In this document: piece by piece, positions 10,322 to 20,157 of the stretch
How positions within the stretch are numbered: the first letter of the stretch is position 1
How the letters are laid out: every line of letters starts with the position of its first letter
Assembly (NCBI GenBank): GCA_002011035.2
Contig: MTLY02000002.1
Location: 64,001 to 128,000 of the forward strand
Direction: 5' to 3'
DNA from: Candidatus Hecatella orcuttiae
GTDB taxonomy: Archaea; Thermoproteota; Bathyarchaeia; Hecatellales; Hecatellaceae
Length of the DNA stretch: 64,000 nucleotides
The notes under the pieces: generated by a model
Seen by the model: only the letters and a program-made list of their open reading frames with translations
The model's database searches: none
Told to the model about the DNA's origin: nothing
Program-made: the position numbers and the translations under genes

Positions 10322-12190
10322 TTACTTTTTCCCTTCATCAACTACCTCGTAGTCGGCATCCACAACCTTTCCTTCCCCCTGCTGGGAACCTTCCTTGGAG
10401 GGGGGAGGCGAACTGCTTCCCCCGCTGGGCGCCTGTTGCTGGGCGGCTTGCTGGTACACGGTGGCTCCTGCAGTTTGCAGCGCTTTGGCCAGTTCGTCGG
10501 TTTTAGCCTTAATCTTATCCACTTCCTTGCCTTTCAGAGCCTCTTTCAGTTCTCCAACGGCTTTTTGCACCCTGTCTTTCATGTCTTGGCTGAGTTTGTC
10601 TCCCAGTTCTCCTAGGGTTTTTTCCGCCGTGTAGATCATGGAGTCAGCGGCGTTTCGGATTTCAGCTTCCTCCTTTCTTTTCCGGTCTTGTTCTGCAAAC
10701 TGCTCCGCCTCCTTGATCATCCGCTGCTTTTCCTCCTCGGAAAGTTTTGTAGAGGCTGTGATGGTGATCTTCTGCTCCTTGTTGGTGGCCAAGTCCTTGG
10801 CGGAGACGTTAAGGATGCCGTTGGCGTCGATGTCGAAGGTGACCTCTATCTGAGGGACGCCTCTGGGGGCTGGGGGGATGCCAACAAGATTAAACCTACC
10901 CAAGGAAATGTTGTCGGAGGCCATAGGCCGCTCTCCCTGCAACACGTGGATGGTTACCGTGGTCTGGAAGTCGGCGGCTGTGGTGAAAATCTGGCTTTTC
11001 CTAGTGGGTATGGTGGTGTTCCGCTCGATGATCTTGGTGAAAATACCTCCTAAAGTCTCAACTCCGAGGGAGAGAGGGGTTACATCGAGAAGAAGAATGT
11101 CTTTAACCTCCCCCGCGAGGACACCTCCCTGGATGGCGGCTCCGATGGCCACGCATTCCATGGGGTCGATGCCTCGCTCCACCTTCTTGCCCATGAATTT
11201 CTCCACGAACATCTGAACTATCGGCATCCTCGTCGGGCCGCCTACGAGAATAATCCTATCAATGTCCTTTGGCTCCAATTTAGCGTCCTCCAAAGCCTGC
11301 CTCATGGGTCCCCGGCAACGCTCCACGATGGGAGCGATCAGTTCCTCCAGCTTCGCCCTCGTCAAGGTTATGTTCAAATGTTTGGGGCCGCTGGCGTCAG
11401 CGGCGATGAAGGGCAGGCTGATGTCGGAGGTCAGGGTGGTGGAGAGCTCTATTTTGGCTTTCTCCGCAGCCTCCCTCAGCCGCTGCATGGCAACTTTATC
11501 CTCTCTCAAGTCGATGCCTGTTTCTTTTTTAAATTCATGGACCAAGTAGTCGACGATGGCGTTGTCCATGTCCGTGCCTCCCAGCTGAGTGTCCCCGCTG
11601 GTGGCTTTGACTTCGAAGACGCCTCCGCCGAACTCCATTATGGTGACGTCGAGGGTTCCTCCGCCGAAGTCGAAGACCATGATCTTCTGCTCCTTTTCAG
11701 CCTTGTCTATACCGTAAGCTAGGGAGGCAGCCGTCGGCTCGTTGATTATCCTCACCACATCCAACCCGGCGATGATGCCGGCGTCCTTGGTCGCCTGCCT
11801 CTGGTTGTCGTTGAAGTAGGCTGGGACGGTGATCACGGCTTTCTCCACTTTTTCCCCGAGAAAAGCTTCCGCGTCTCGTTTGATCTTTTGCAGAATGAAG
11901 GCGGAAATCTGCTGAGGAGTGTATTCTTTTCCGAAGATCTTAACTTTATAGTCTGTGCCCATCTTGCGCTTTATGGCGGTGACTGTTCCCTCCGGATTGG
12001 AAATAGCCTGCCTTCTAGCCGGCTCACCCACCAACAGCTGACCGTCCTTGGTGAAGGCGACATAGGAGGGGAAAGCCTTCCCCGCGACAGTTAAGCCTTC
12101 AGCGCTAGGTATGATGGTGGGTCTTCCGCCTAACATAACCGCTGCCGCTGAGTTGCTTGTCCCCAAGTCTATGCCAATTATTTTAGCCAA
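10322..12190 (-). CDS. dnaK: Chaperone DnaK (Hsp70)
   Basis: [44 protein letters not shown]; likely TTG start. Confidence 0.98.
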   Translation of the reverse strand: MAKIIGIDLGTSNSAAAVMLGGRPTIIPSAEGLTVAGKAFPSYVAFTKDGQLLVGEPARRQAISNPEGTVTAIKRKMGTDYKVKIFGKEYTPQQISAFILQKIKRDAEAFLGEKVEKAVITVPAYFNDNQRQATKDAGIIAGLDVVRIINEPTAASLAYGIDKAEKEQKIMVFDFGGGTLDVTIMEFGGGVFEVKATSGDTQLGGTDMDNAIVDYLVHEFKKETGIDLREDKVAMQRLREAAEKAKIELSTTLTSDISLPFIAADASGPKHLNITLTRAKLEELIAPIVERCRGPMRQALEDAKLEPKDIDRIILVGGPTRMPIVQMFVEKFMGKKVERGIDPMECVAIGAAIQGGVLAGEVKDILLLDVTPLSLGVETLGGIFTKIIERNTTIPTRKSQIFTTAADFQTTVTIHVLQGERPMASDNISLGRFNLVGIPPAPRGVPQIEVTFDIDANGILNVSAKDLATNKEQKITITASTKLSEEEKQRMIKEAEQFAEQDRKRKEEAEIRNAADSMIYTAEKTLGELGDKLSQDMKDRVQKAVGELKEALKGKEVDKIKAKTDELAKALQTAGATVYQQAAQQQAPSGGSSSPPPSKEGSQQGEGKVVDADYEVVDEGKK

Positions 12191-12320
12191 AGGGAAAACC
12201 TCCTCCAAGTTTAGCTTATTTCTAACCTACCTGAAGCTTTGCTGTGCGCAGGAAGCTTAATTTTTTCATCCCATCGATGGAAACACCGTTTTATAAACTC
12301 ATCGGCAAACTTCACCAGCG

Positions 12321-12857
12321 CTACTTGACCTCGATTCTCACCCCTTCCTCTTTTGGCTTCGGCTCCTTCTTCGGCAGCTCGATTTCAAGGATTCCCTTAT
12401 CCATCTTCGCTTTCGCCTTGTCTGCAAGAACCTCTTCAGGCAGCGTTATCCGCCGGTGGAAAGCCCGGTAGGATCTTTCCCGGTGGAGGTAGGATTTTTC
12501 GTGCTCCTCCTTCACCTCGCGGTGCTCAGCTCTGATCTCCAAGGTATCTTTGTTCAACGTTAGGTCAACTTCCTCCTTACTGTATCCAGGAAGCTCAACA
12601 GTCACGACCAACCTGTCGCCCTTGTCCACCACATCCACATAAGGCGTCCGAACTGCTGGTTCAGGCAGCCGCGGCATGAAATCCCATGGTCTGAAGGGGA
12701 ATCTCCACGGTTGAAGTAATCCTTCGAAGCCCATCCTGAAATCTTCAAACAGCCTATCCAATTCGCGGATGAAGTTGGTGGGTCGCCACCATCTAGGGAT
12801 GATCGTTTCACGTTCTGATTTTTTGAGGTCTATGTCCTTTTCTACCATTTTTATCAC
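12321..12857 (-). CDS. Small heat shock protein Hsp20
   Basis: Alpha-crystallin domain (ELPG, ERSY..F.R.I.LP, GILEI.LPK) and C-terminal IEV motif. Confidence 0.93.
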   Translation of the reverse strand: MIKMVEKDIDLKKSERETIIPRWWRPTNFIRELDRLFEDFRMGFEGLLQPWRFPFRPWDFMPRLPEPAVRTPYVDVVDKGDRLVVTVELPGYSKEEVDLTLNKDTLEIRAEHREVKEEHEKSYLHRERSYRAFHRRITLPEEVLADKAKAKMDKGILEIELPKKEPKPKEEGVRIEVK

Positions 12858-12866
12858 CTTTAGTAA

Positions 12867-12881
12867 TTAACCTAAGGTTAG
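12867..12881. promoter_or_regulatory. Candidate heat-shock repressor operator TTAAC-N5-GTTAG
   Basis: Inverted repeat in the short divergent hsp20/regulator spacer; one mismatch to the CTAAC-N5-GTTAG site known for Archaeoglobus HSR1. Confidence 0.65.
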
Positions 12882-12920
12882 TAACTGGATGATAATATTT
12901 AAATATTTCGGTGGAATTTA

Positions 12921-13682
12921 TTGATTTGGGCGAGGATGTCCGTAGGTCAGGAAGACGCAGGTCTCCTGCTGGAGATCTTAGGCAACGAGACTAGGAGGAA
13001 GATTATTCAGCTTCTTGCCGACGAGCCGAAATACCTCCTTCAGTTAGCCAAGGAAGCAGATGTCAGTCAGCAGGCGGTGCTTAAGCACCTAGCCTTGTTG
13101 GAGAAATACGGCTATGTGACTTCTTACGAGGTTGAGAGCGAACTCGCTGCGCCGCCGAGAAAATACTACGAACTGGCTAGATCGTTCTATCTGTCTATAG
13201 GGTTGACTAAGGGTGCCTTCGACTTCATGATCCAGAAGATCCCTTCAGAGGAGGGGGGGGAAGAAGCAGAGTTTCCTAGACGGTTGAAAGAGTTGAGAAG
13301 GCAGCTCAGAAAATTTGAAAAAACCTCCGACCTCCCTCAAGCCTTATCGACGGCTGATGTTTTGCTGGATGAAATCAATCGCCAAGCCAAAGAGTTGACT
13401 GAGGCCAAGCTCTTCCTCTTGACGTTGAAGCAGAAGATAATGGGACGAGTCCGCGAAATGGTAAGACAGGTGACAGGCACGGTGGTGGAAAGGAGAGTCC
13501 TCCGTTCCCTCTTGGGCACCGGAGGCGTCGCCGACATCGAAGCTCTCTCGGAAGAGCTGGACGTTCGCGAAAAAGAAGTTGAAAGAGCGTTGGATTCGCT
13601 GCAACGGAAACTGGGTTTTTTGAGGAAAAGACCTAAGGCTTCAAGGAAGCCAGCTTACCGCCGTAGGGAACGAAACCGTTAG
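12921..13682 (+). CDS. ArsR-family heat-shock regulator (HSR1/Phr-like)
   Basis: ILGNETRRKIIQLL.EP.Y, SQQAVLKHL, RKYY, coiled coil, second HTH; divergent from hsp20. Confidence 0.8.
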   Translation: MIWARMSVGQEDAGLLLEILGNETRRKIIQLLADEPKYLLQLAKEADVSQQAVLKHLALLEKYGYVTSYEVESELAAPPRKYYELARSFYLSIGLTKGAFDFMIQKIPSEEGGEEAEFPRRLKELRRQLRKFEKTSDLPQALSTADVLLDEINRQAKELTEAKLFLLTLKQKIMGRVREMVRQVTGTVVERRVLRSLLGTGGVADIEALSEELDVREKEVERALDSLQRKLGFLRKRPKASRKPAYRRRERNR

Positions 13683-13696
13683 AGGGGAAGGAAGTC

Positions 13697-14167
13697 GTGT
13701 TCGCACCTCATCTGCTGGCTTGGAGGCAGGTGAAGAACTGGAGATGTCTGGGCTGCGGGGACTGCTGCAGAAGGTCTGTAGTCATGGTCAGCCGCGGGGA
13801 GGCCTCCAAGTTTCTCCAGAAATATCCCTGGTCTCTAGAGAGCCTAGGCGCCAAGAGCATTATCAAACATAACCCTTGGGGGAGATGCGTCTTCCAAGTG
13901 GGAAACCTCTGCAGCATCCAGCACGACAAGCCTCTGGCCTGCAGGCTTTGGCCTTTCCACCCTCGGCTTAAGCCGTTGAGGACGGAGGATGCCGGTGAAG
14001 CTGAATACTCTCACCAAGGCCAACGCTACTACATCTATGTGGACAGAAGATGCGTCGGCCTAGGGAAGGGGCCGCCCATAACTTTAGCCCTAGCTGAGGT
14101 TGTGAGAATGGTGGAGGGAATCCCCACCCAGCCGAAGTACACTACCATTCCCCTCCAGCTGCTTTAA
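13697..14167 (+). CDS. YkgJ/UPF0153 Cys-cluster protein
   Basis: CLGCGDCC...CVF...CSI...KP..CRLWPF. Confidence 0.85.
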   Translation: MFAPHLLAWRQVKNWRCLGCGDCCRRSVVMVSRGEASKFLQKYPWSLESLGAKSIIKHNPWGRCVFQVGNLCSIQHDKPLACRLWPFHPRLKPLRTEDAGEAEYSHQGQRYYIYVDRRCVGLGKGPPITLALAEVVRMVEGIPTQPKYTTIPLQLL

Positions 14168-14268
14168 AGCTGAACGCATAGCTTCGCCTACAAATCCCAG
14201 CTGAAACGTGTAAAAAGATTATGCCGTATATGACATGAGGTTTTTGGCGGGCGCCTATACCAGCCGCT

Positions 14269-14299
14269 GAGATGGTGGGATGTTTCCCGCATCTCTTTT
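14269..14299 (+). terminator. Hairpin followed by a T-run between convergent genes
   Basis: GAGATGGTGGGA-tgtt-TCCCGCATCTC then TTTT. Confidence 0.35.
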
Positions 14300-14305
14300 C
14301 CGAGT

Positions 14306-14767
14306 TTAGATCTCGGCTGCAGCGAACTCCACGTGGGTGAGCTGCTGGAAGTAAGGTGAACTTCTGCCGAAGGCTCGGGGAATATACTTCCTTATCTTCA
14401 TCGCCCTTTGGGCTGCTGCATGCACTATTCTCAGCCTTTCCGGGTCAAGCCCTTTCTCCACAGCGTTGGCTTCCAAAGCCTTCAGAACCCTCAGGAGTTC
14501 CCGGGAGGCTTTCTGAGGGTAGCGCCCTGCATGCCAGCCTTGGAGGCCGCGGCGGTGGGGAACCTCCTTCTTATGTCGCTTGTAGGGCACAGCCCTCTTC
14601 CCTTGGATGACTTCTTCGAGAAACTTCTTGGCGTGCTCCAGCCGCATTTTTCTGATGGAGGCGCATATTTCCCTAGCGGCTTTAGGGGAGATTCTCAAGT
14701 CTCTTCCGCTGGCTATAGCCGTCTTGGCCTTGTCCAGTTCTTTAATGGAGTACCCCCAGCTGGGCAT
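14306..14767 (-). CDS. rpl22: 50S ribosomal protein uL22
   Basis: LRISPKAAREIC, GRYPQKA, NAVEKGLD, PRAFGR, THVE. Confidence 0.95.
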   Translation of the reverse strand: MPSWGYSIKELDKAKTAIASGRDLRISPKAAREICASIRKMRLEHAKKFLEEVIQGKRAVPYKRHKKEVPHRRGLQGWHAGRYPQKASRELLRVLKALEANAVEKGLDPERLRIVHAAAQRAMKIRKYIPRAFGRSSPYFQQLTHVEFAAAEI

Positions 14768-14910
14768 CGGCTTTCCAATCCTCGGAATTTGGGGAAATAT
14801 CAAAGCTTTAAGCTCTAATAAAGTTTCTTGAAAACCCGACTAAAACACTGGAGAGGGCAAACCTTTAGTTTCCCTCCTTCCCCTGAGGAGAAGAGGAGAC
14901 TGACTGAACT

Positions 14911-15507
14911 GTGCCCCACATCTTCGACGCAAGCAGAAAAGACCTTTTAGAAGACCCTGAGCGCTGGAAGGGAACCAGCATCAGCACTATGCTCAGAAAG
15001 GCGGGGTTAAGAAGGGGAAAAAACATGGTCGATATGGGATGTGGAACAGGTTTTTTCTCTCTACCAGCCTCGGAGATAGTGGGATTCCGAGGCTTAGTCT
15101 GCTCTATAGACCTTCAATTGAAGATGCTGGGTTTCTTGAAGTCGAAGCTTAAGACATCGGCCGGTGTCAATGTGGAGCCCGTGCTTTCCAGCATTTTAGA
15201 CGCTCCCCTCCACACAGCATCCGTGGACCTAGTCCTCTTGGTGGACACGCTCCATGAAGTGGAGCGGAAGAACGCCCTCCTCAAGGAAGCCTGGCGGATC
15301 CTGAAGCCCAAGGGCCGAATTGCCGTGGTAGACTGGAAAAAGGCCAGGATGGATATCGGGCCTCCGTGGGAGGAGAGGCTGAGCTTGGACGAGGTACTCC
15401 ATCTTCTAGCCCAAGCCGGCTTTGGAAAGCCCTCCGCCTTCCAAGCGGGTCATTACCACTACGGGGTTACGGCCGTGAAGCCAGATTCTTCCTCTCCCCA
15501 AGGTTAG
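14911..15507 (+). CDS. Class I SAM-dependent methyltransferase
   Basis: DMGCGTGFF, LHEV, RILKPKG, DWKK....GPP. Confidence 0.85.
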   Translation: MPHIFDASRKDLLEDPERWKGTSISTMLRKAGLRRGKNMVDMGCGTGFFSLPASEIVGFRGLVCSIDLQLKMLGFLKSKLKTSAGVNVEPVLSSILDAPLHTASVDLVLLVDTLHEVERKNALLKEAWRILKPKGRIAVVDWKKARMDIGPPWEERLSLDEVLHLLAQAGFGKPSAFQAGHYHYGVTAVKPDSSSPQG

Positions 15508-16408
15508 ATGTTTTGGAGGCAGAGGTGGTTCGGCTTCCACCGCTCTTATAGAGCTCAAGCCTGCTGGCTTCCAGCATCTCCACTTTTCTCCCCAAGAACT
15601 CAGCGGCAGTGAGGACTTGAACCCCTCGGCGTTCAGCGGCTTCACAGAGGGGAGAAGCCAGCTTCCTGTAATTGAGGTCCCTCATGAAATGGTGTTCCAG
15701 CAGAATTGTTTTAACCGGAGTCTTCTCCACGATCTTAGCTAGGTTTTCCATGGAAGTCTCCAAACTGGCTTGGCTGTACCGGTAGCCCAGCATGTAGGTC
15801 AGGGGGCCGTCGACGATGAGGAAGCTGGGCTTCTCATCGAGAATGAACCGAGCTTGCTCAGGGAGGGAGGGCCCTTCCACATCGGAGGTGTAGACCAGCT
15901 TCTCTCCCCCCACCCCAATGCTGACCTCCACCACATAGCCCAGCTGAGTGTCGGTTCCGTGGGCGACGGCTTTGGAAAACCTCAGGGAAGTCCTGCCGAA
16001 AACCTTATGCACTCCGTCGGCGTAGTCTAGGGTCTTGGGGAGGCCTCGGATGGCTTGGAGAAAGCGAGGCGCCCTCTCTGCTCTTTGGCTGTAGTTGATG
16101 TTTTCCCGAGGATGCTTCACAAAGACCTTTTTACCTGTGTAAATGGAGGTGGGGATAAGTCCGCCTAGGTCGTGGTGGTCGTAGTGGTAGTGGGTTACGA
16201 TGAGGATGTCGGAGGCCTCAGCGTGGCTCTGCACAGCCTTGGCACATTCCTTCTGCCTAGCCAGCTCCAAGGGATGCGTAGGAAGCCCGAATCTTCGGGG
16301 AGCCAAAGAGACCCCAGGGTCTATGGTGATCTTGACATCCTCCGTCTCCACGTAGGTAGCCATGGACCTGACGCCGAAGCTGTCGAAGGCCAGAGGCTTA
16401 ATCAACAT
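15467..16408 (-). CDS. Metallo-beta-lactamase-fold hydrolase (UPF0282)
   Basis: DSFGVRSMAT, IDPGVSLAP.R, THYHYDHH, SDVEGP, EHHFMRD. Confidence 0.88.
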   Translation of the reverse strand: MLIKPLAFDSFGVRSMATYVETEDVKITIDPGVSLAPRRFGLPTHPLELARQKECAKAVQSHAEASDILIVTHYHYDHHDLGGLIPTSIYTGKKVFVKHPRENINYSQRAERAPRFLQAIRGLPKTLDYADGVHKVFGRTSLRFSKAVAHGTDTQLGYVVEVSIGVGGEKLVYTSDVEGPSLPEQARFILDEKPSFLIVDGPLTYMLGYRYSQASLETSMENLAKIVEKTPVKTILLEHHFMRDLNYRKLASPLCEAAERRGVQVLTAAEFLGRKVEMLEASRLELYKSGGSRTTSASKTSNLGERKNLASRP

Positions 16409-16620
16409 TGCCCCAAACCTACAGTGCTTTGCCTAAATAGAAGCTTTCTAGCTAAAAAAACTTCTAACAAAAATAAAAAAAGATACTGGAGCGGTAGACC
16501 GTGTTAAAATATCGTCGAAATTTACGGCCAAATGCAGACGCTGAATTTTAAGCCAGCATGTTTTCGTGACCTGTTCGCCGGCTTATATCTTGGAAGCAGC
16601 GAGCTTCGGCTGGTTTCAGG

Positions 16621-17757
16621 TCAGCGGTAGACTCCGTATTCTCTCGCAGCCTTCACTAGGGCTTTAAAGTTCTCCGAGGGGGTATCGGGATTGGTGTCGC
16701 AGCCCGGCATCACTATGAAACCTCCCCCCTCTGCTGCGTAGTCTATGTTCCTTTTTACCGTTGCTCTAACCTGATCCGGAGTGCCCTCCAGCATGACAGA
16801 AATGGGGTCTATGTTGCCGCATACGCAGACCCTGTCGCCGACCATTTTCTTCACCGCTTTAAGCATGATGCTGTAAGGGTCGTCCGGGTCAAGGGCTACG
16901 GATTCGCCGACCACTTCCTTCAGGAATTTCAAGCTTAGCGGCCTTGTCTTCACATCTCCATAGTTGGCATGGATAGCGCCTGGAGATCCTTTCGGTATTA
17001 CATCCGCCGCCATCTGCAGAATTCCCGTTGTGTCTCCGCAGGGATGGTTAATGGGTATCATTCCAGCTTTGGCTATGGCATCGCAGTCTCTTGCTAAATA
17101 GGGTTTCACAAATTTTTCATGCTGCTTTGGAGACGTAGCCTCGGTGGACGCTACAGGGTCAAGAAGAGCCACGGCATGTGCACGGCCTTTAAAGGCGGTA
17201 TGGTATTTGATGGAATAATCGGTTATCTTGTCTAGCAGTGAATGGACTTTTTCAGGTTCCTTCACCATGGCCCTGAACATGGATTCATGTCCCATAAGAT
17301 TACAGGCTGTGCTGTAGGGCCCTGATACGATGACAGCGACTGCTATATGGTCTCCAACTTTATCCATCAGAATTCCCGCCTCTTCGATAACAGTTCTCAT
17401 CCTGGGATGCTCCTCTGGAGCCGGGAAGGTTAGGTTGTCCACATCCTCCCATGACTTTATTACCCTGTAACGAGTGTCCACGATGGGCATGTGCTTGCTC
17501 CAGTAGTTTTTAGCCCCCATGGCCTTTGCTTCAACGAAGCAGCCGTCGATGCCTGCGACGACGATATCGTCACCGAAATTTTCATTGGCAGCAATCTTTG
17601 CCTTCGCCATCTTTTCAGCATCATCGATGGCTGTTTGGGGTCTTTCCCCAATCTCCCAAAGGGCTCTCGTGATGGCTAGGGTGGCTACCGGCACTTGGTC
17701 TGGCTGTCCTCTCTGCAACGCTGTGGCAACCCTTTCAAGACTGGTCATTTTAGCCAT
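16621..17757 (-). CDS. MtaA/CmuA-type methylcobalamin:thiol (CoM) methyltransferase, URO-D superfamily
   Basis: ERV..AL..G.PD.VP, VEAKAMG, zinc ligands HPC and PGC, GNIDP; downstream of a corrinoid gene. Confidence 0.82.
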   Translation of the reverse strand: MAKMTSLERVATALQRGQPDQVPVATLAITRALWEIGERPQTAIDDAEKMAKAKIAANENFGDDIVVAGIDGCFVEAKAMGAKNYWSKHMPIVDTRYRVIKSWEDVDNLTFPAPEEHPRMRTVIEEAGILMDKVGDHIAVAVIVSGPYSTACNLMGHESMFRAMVKEPEKVHSLLDKITDYSIKYHTAFKGRAHAVALLDPVASTEATSPKQHEKFVKPYLARDCDAIAKAGMIPINHPCGDTTGILQMAADVIPKGSPGAIHANYGDVKTRPLSLKFLKEVVGESVALDPDDPYSIMLKAVKKMVGDRVCVCGNIDPISVMLEGTPDQVRATVKRNIDYAAEGGGFIVMPGCDTNPDTPSENFKALVKAAREYGVYR

Positions 17758-17774
17758 GATCTTCACCCTCCTCT

Positions 17775-18440
17775 CTATCCTCCACGCCCCACTAGGCTTC
17801 GAGCTGCTTCCACTGCCCCAGGGCCGTCGGCCGCCCACTTGTCACATCCTATCTGCCCCGCCCATTTTTCATTGGTCGACCTTCCTCCGACTAAAATTTT
17901 AAAGTCTTTTCGAAGCCCTCTTTTCTCCAGTTCTTCCACCACGTCTTTCACGTGGTCCCTAGTCACACTCATAAGGCAGGAGAGGGCTATGATGTCCGCT
18001 TTGACATCGACCGCCTTATCGATTATTTTGCCAGCCGGCATATCAACTCCCATGTCTTCGACGGTAAAGCCTGAGCCCTGCAAAAACAACCTCACGATGT
18101 TTTTTCCAATATCGTGGATGTCTCCCTCCACGGTTGCCAGCACAATCTTTCCGATTTCTTCTTCTTTTTTCCCAACTTCTTTTCCTAGATGTTCCAGTAT
18201 AGGTTTCATCACAGCTTGCAATGTTTCTCCGCAGAGGACGAGTTCTGAAAGGAAATACTCGCCTGTTTCATATTTTTCACCTATAATCTTGGTAGCCGGC
18301 AATATCGCCTCCGATATCAAAAACCTTGCAGATGCACCTTCGCTCAGCGCCTTATCCGTCAATTCCACGGCTTTCTCCGTATCGTACTCTACCAATGTCT
18401 GTTTCAGATTTTCAATATATTTGATCAATCTTGGCACCAT
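17775..18440 (-). CDS. Methyltransferase corrinoid protein (MtaC/MttC-type)
   Basis: Cap domain (IGEKYE.GEYFLSEL) plus B12-binding GDIHDIGKNIV, S.LM, GG. Confidence 0.93.
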   Translation of the reverse strand: MVPRLIKYIENLKQTLVEYDTEKAVELTDKALSEGASARFLISEAILPATKIIGEKYETGEYFLSELVLCGETLQAVMKPILEHLGKEVGKKEEEIGKIVLATVEGDIHDIGKNIVRLFLQGSGFTVEDMGVDMPAGKIIDKAVDVKADIIALSCLMSVTRDHVKDVVEELEKRGLRKDFKILVGGRSTNEKWAGQIGCDKWAADGPGAVEAARSLVGRGG

Positions 18441-18629
18441 TATTCTACGTGAGGAAATCTTATATAAGTTTTATTTGCATAAATTTTATGAAGCTTTCAT
18501 CCAACATCTTCGCAAGCCTTTTGAATCATCATCGGACCTTTTTCCAAAACACGGCTTTAGGAAACCCTATGATTTTTAGCTCCATCAAGGAAAAGTTTTT
18601 ATCCCCTTCCAGCTTTAACCCTTTCCGCT

Positions 18630-18755
18630 GGAGGTTTACGGCCACAGCTTCCGGGGTAAGACCCGATCCCGTCCGATCTCGGAAGTGAATCCCGGAGGCG
18701 CCGCTCAATACTGCTCTCCGAAAGGGGGCGGGAAAGGGCGGTGCCGTGAACCTCC
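18630..18755 (+). rRNA. rrf: 5S rRNA (stand-alone)
   Basis: 126 nt; termini GGAGGTTTACGGC/GCCGTGAACCTCC pair (helix I); ACCCGATCCCGTCCGATCTCGGAAGTGAA loop B/C; TACTG...GAAA...GGGAAA loop E/D; TTTTTAT TATA-like box ~30 nt upstream. Confidence 0.9.
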
Positions 18756-18909
18756 CTTCTTCTGTGAACTTTTTAGAGGAATATCCACCTTACCTTTAGA
18801 GTTTACGCGTTTAGATTCCTCCAGGTTCACCCCCTTGTAGGAGGAAAATCTGGGGGATCCGGTTTTCTTCAGCATTATTTATTTAAGCCAATTGATCCAC
18901 TAGGCTTTG

Positions 18910-20148
18910 TCAATCGAGAGACTTTTGACGTTTTAACAAGTAAGCTAACAGCACAGCACCCACGGTGATGAACAAACAGAAAATCAAACCCGGCCGGTAG
19001 CTGCCTGTAACGTCAAAAGCATACCCCAGTAGGATGGGCCCTAGGATGCCGCCAACTCCGAAGGTGGTGGTCAGTGCCCCCAAGTTCAAACCTATCTTAT
19101 CCGGTCCAAAGGTTTCTTCCACAAGAGGCGCTACCAAAGCCCAAACACCAGCGGCGCTGAACCCGAATACGACCGCGAACACATACAGCATCCAAACATC
19201 GTCCACCCAGAGGAGCCCGACGAAGACAACCGCCTGAGCGGCTAAACATGCAACCAGCATGTTCTCTTTGCCGACTTTGTCGGAAACTGCCCCCACAGCA
19301 GGCGAGCCGGCGATGGTGCTACCGCCCATCAGCCCTAAAGCCAAAGCAGCCATGACGCTTGATATCCCAGCGTCCGTAGCAAAGGGGACAAGATGCACAA
19401 GCAAAGAAGTGAAGCAGAGACTTCCAAAAAAATAGATCCCGTAGAGTATCAAGAAAGACCTTGTAAAGACAGCTTGCTTTGTAGACAAGCTTACTTGCAA
19501 AGGATCCTGCTTCCTCGCTCGGACTTTTAGCCCATCCGAGTTTGCATGGTTTTTCATCAGAAAAGCCGCGAAGGTGATAATTCCGAGGAGTGCGAATCCC
19601 AAGGTTACTAAAGCTCCCCGCCATCCGTAGGTTGAAGTTAGGATTGCGGCTATAGGCGCCATGGAGAGAATGCCCAGCCCGTATCCGGAATTGGCAACAC
19701 CTACGGCTAGCCCCTTCTTTTCTTCAAACCACTTGACCACAGTCGAAATAGGCGGCACCCAAAGGCCGCTGGAGCCGAAGGAGGCTATACCCCAGAAAAG
19801 ATACAGATGCCAGACAGATTCTACGGAGGAAGACAGAATCAGCCCGAGGCCCACGAGAATACCTCCAAACATGATAACCTTCCTCGACCCGTGTTTGTCG
19901 CTTAGATGCCCCATGAGGACGGCTGAAAAACTGTGCGATATGGCATACAGCGAGAAGACAGAAGAGGCCACAGCCCTGCTCCAGCCGAACTCTTCCATCA
20001 AAGGTTTGAAGAACACACCGTAAACCTCGAAAACGCTGAAGGTGAAGAGGCACAGCGTCGTGGCCGCAACCACTACCCATCCGTAGAAAAAATTGGCCCT
20101 CAAAGAGCGTGAACTCCAAACTTCTGCTGAAGACTCAAAACTGTACAA
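18910..20148 (-). CDS. MFS transporter (OFA/monocarboxylate type)
   Basis: FYGWVVV, YGVFFKPL..EFGWSR, G.LSDKHG.R, KWF..KKGLAVG; about 12 TMs. Confidence 0.9.
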   Translation of the reverse strand: MYSFESSAEVWSSRSLRANFFYGWVVVAATTLCLFTFSVFEVYGVFFKPLMEEFGWSRAVASSVFSLYAISHSFSAVLMGHLSDKHGSRKVIMFGGILVGLGLILSSSVESVWHLYLFWGIASFGSSGLWVPPISTVVKWFEEKKGLAVGVANSGYGLGILSMAPIAAILTSTYGWRGALVTLGFALLGIITFAAFLMKNHANSDGLKVRARKQDPLQVSLSTKQAVFTRSFLILYGIYFFGSLCFTSLLVHLVPFATDAGISSVMAALALGLMGGSTIAGSPAVGAVSDKVGKENMLVACLAAQAVVFVGLLWVDDVWMLYVFAVVFGFSAAGVWALVAPLVEETFGPDKIGLNLGALTTTFGVGGILGPILLGYAFDVTGSYRPGLIFCLFITVGAVLLAYLLKRQKSLD

Positions 20149-20157
20149 AGAGGCTTA

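Noticed and set aside
14225-14272. Possible C/D box sRNA (TGACATGA...CTGA)
   Set aside because: C box is imperfect; no clear C'/D' boxes or identifiable guide target
17695-18579. 294-aa ORF on the + strand
   Set aside because: Ser/Phe-rich antisense shadow of the corrinoid gene
18600-18760. Cobalamin riboswitch upstream of the corrinoid operon
   Set aside because: The structured GC-rich segment is on the opposite strand and fits 5S rRNA helices and loops much better
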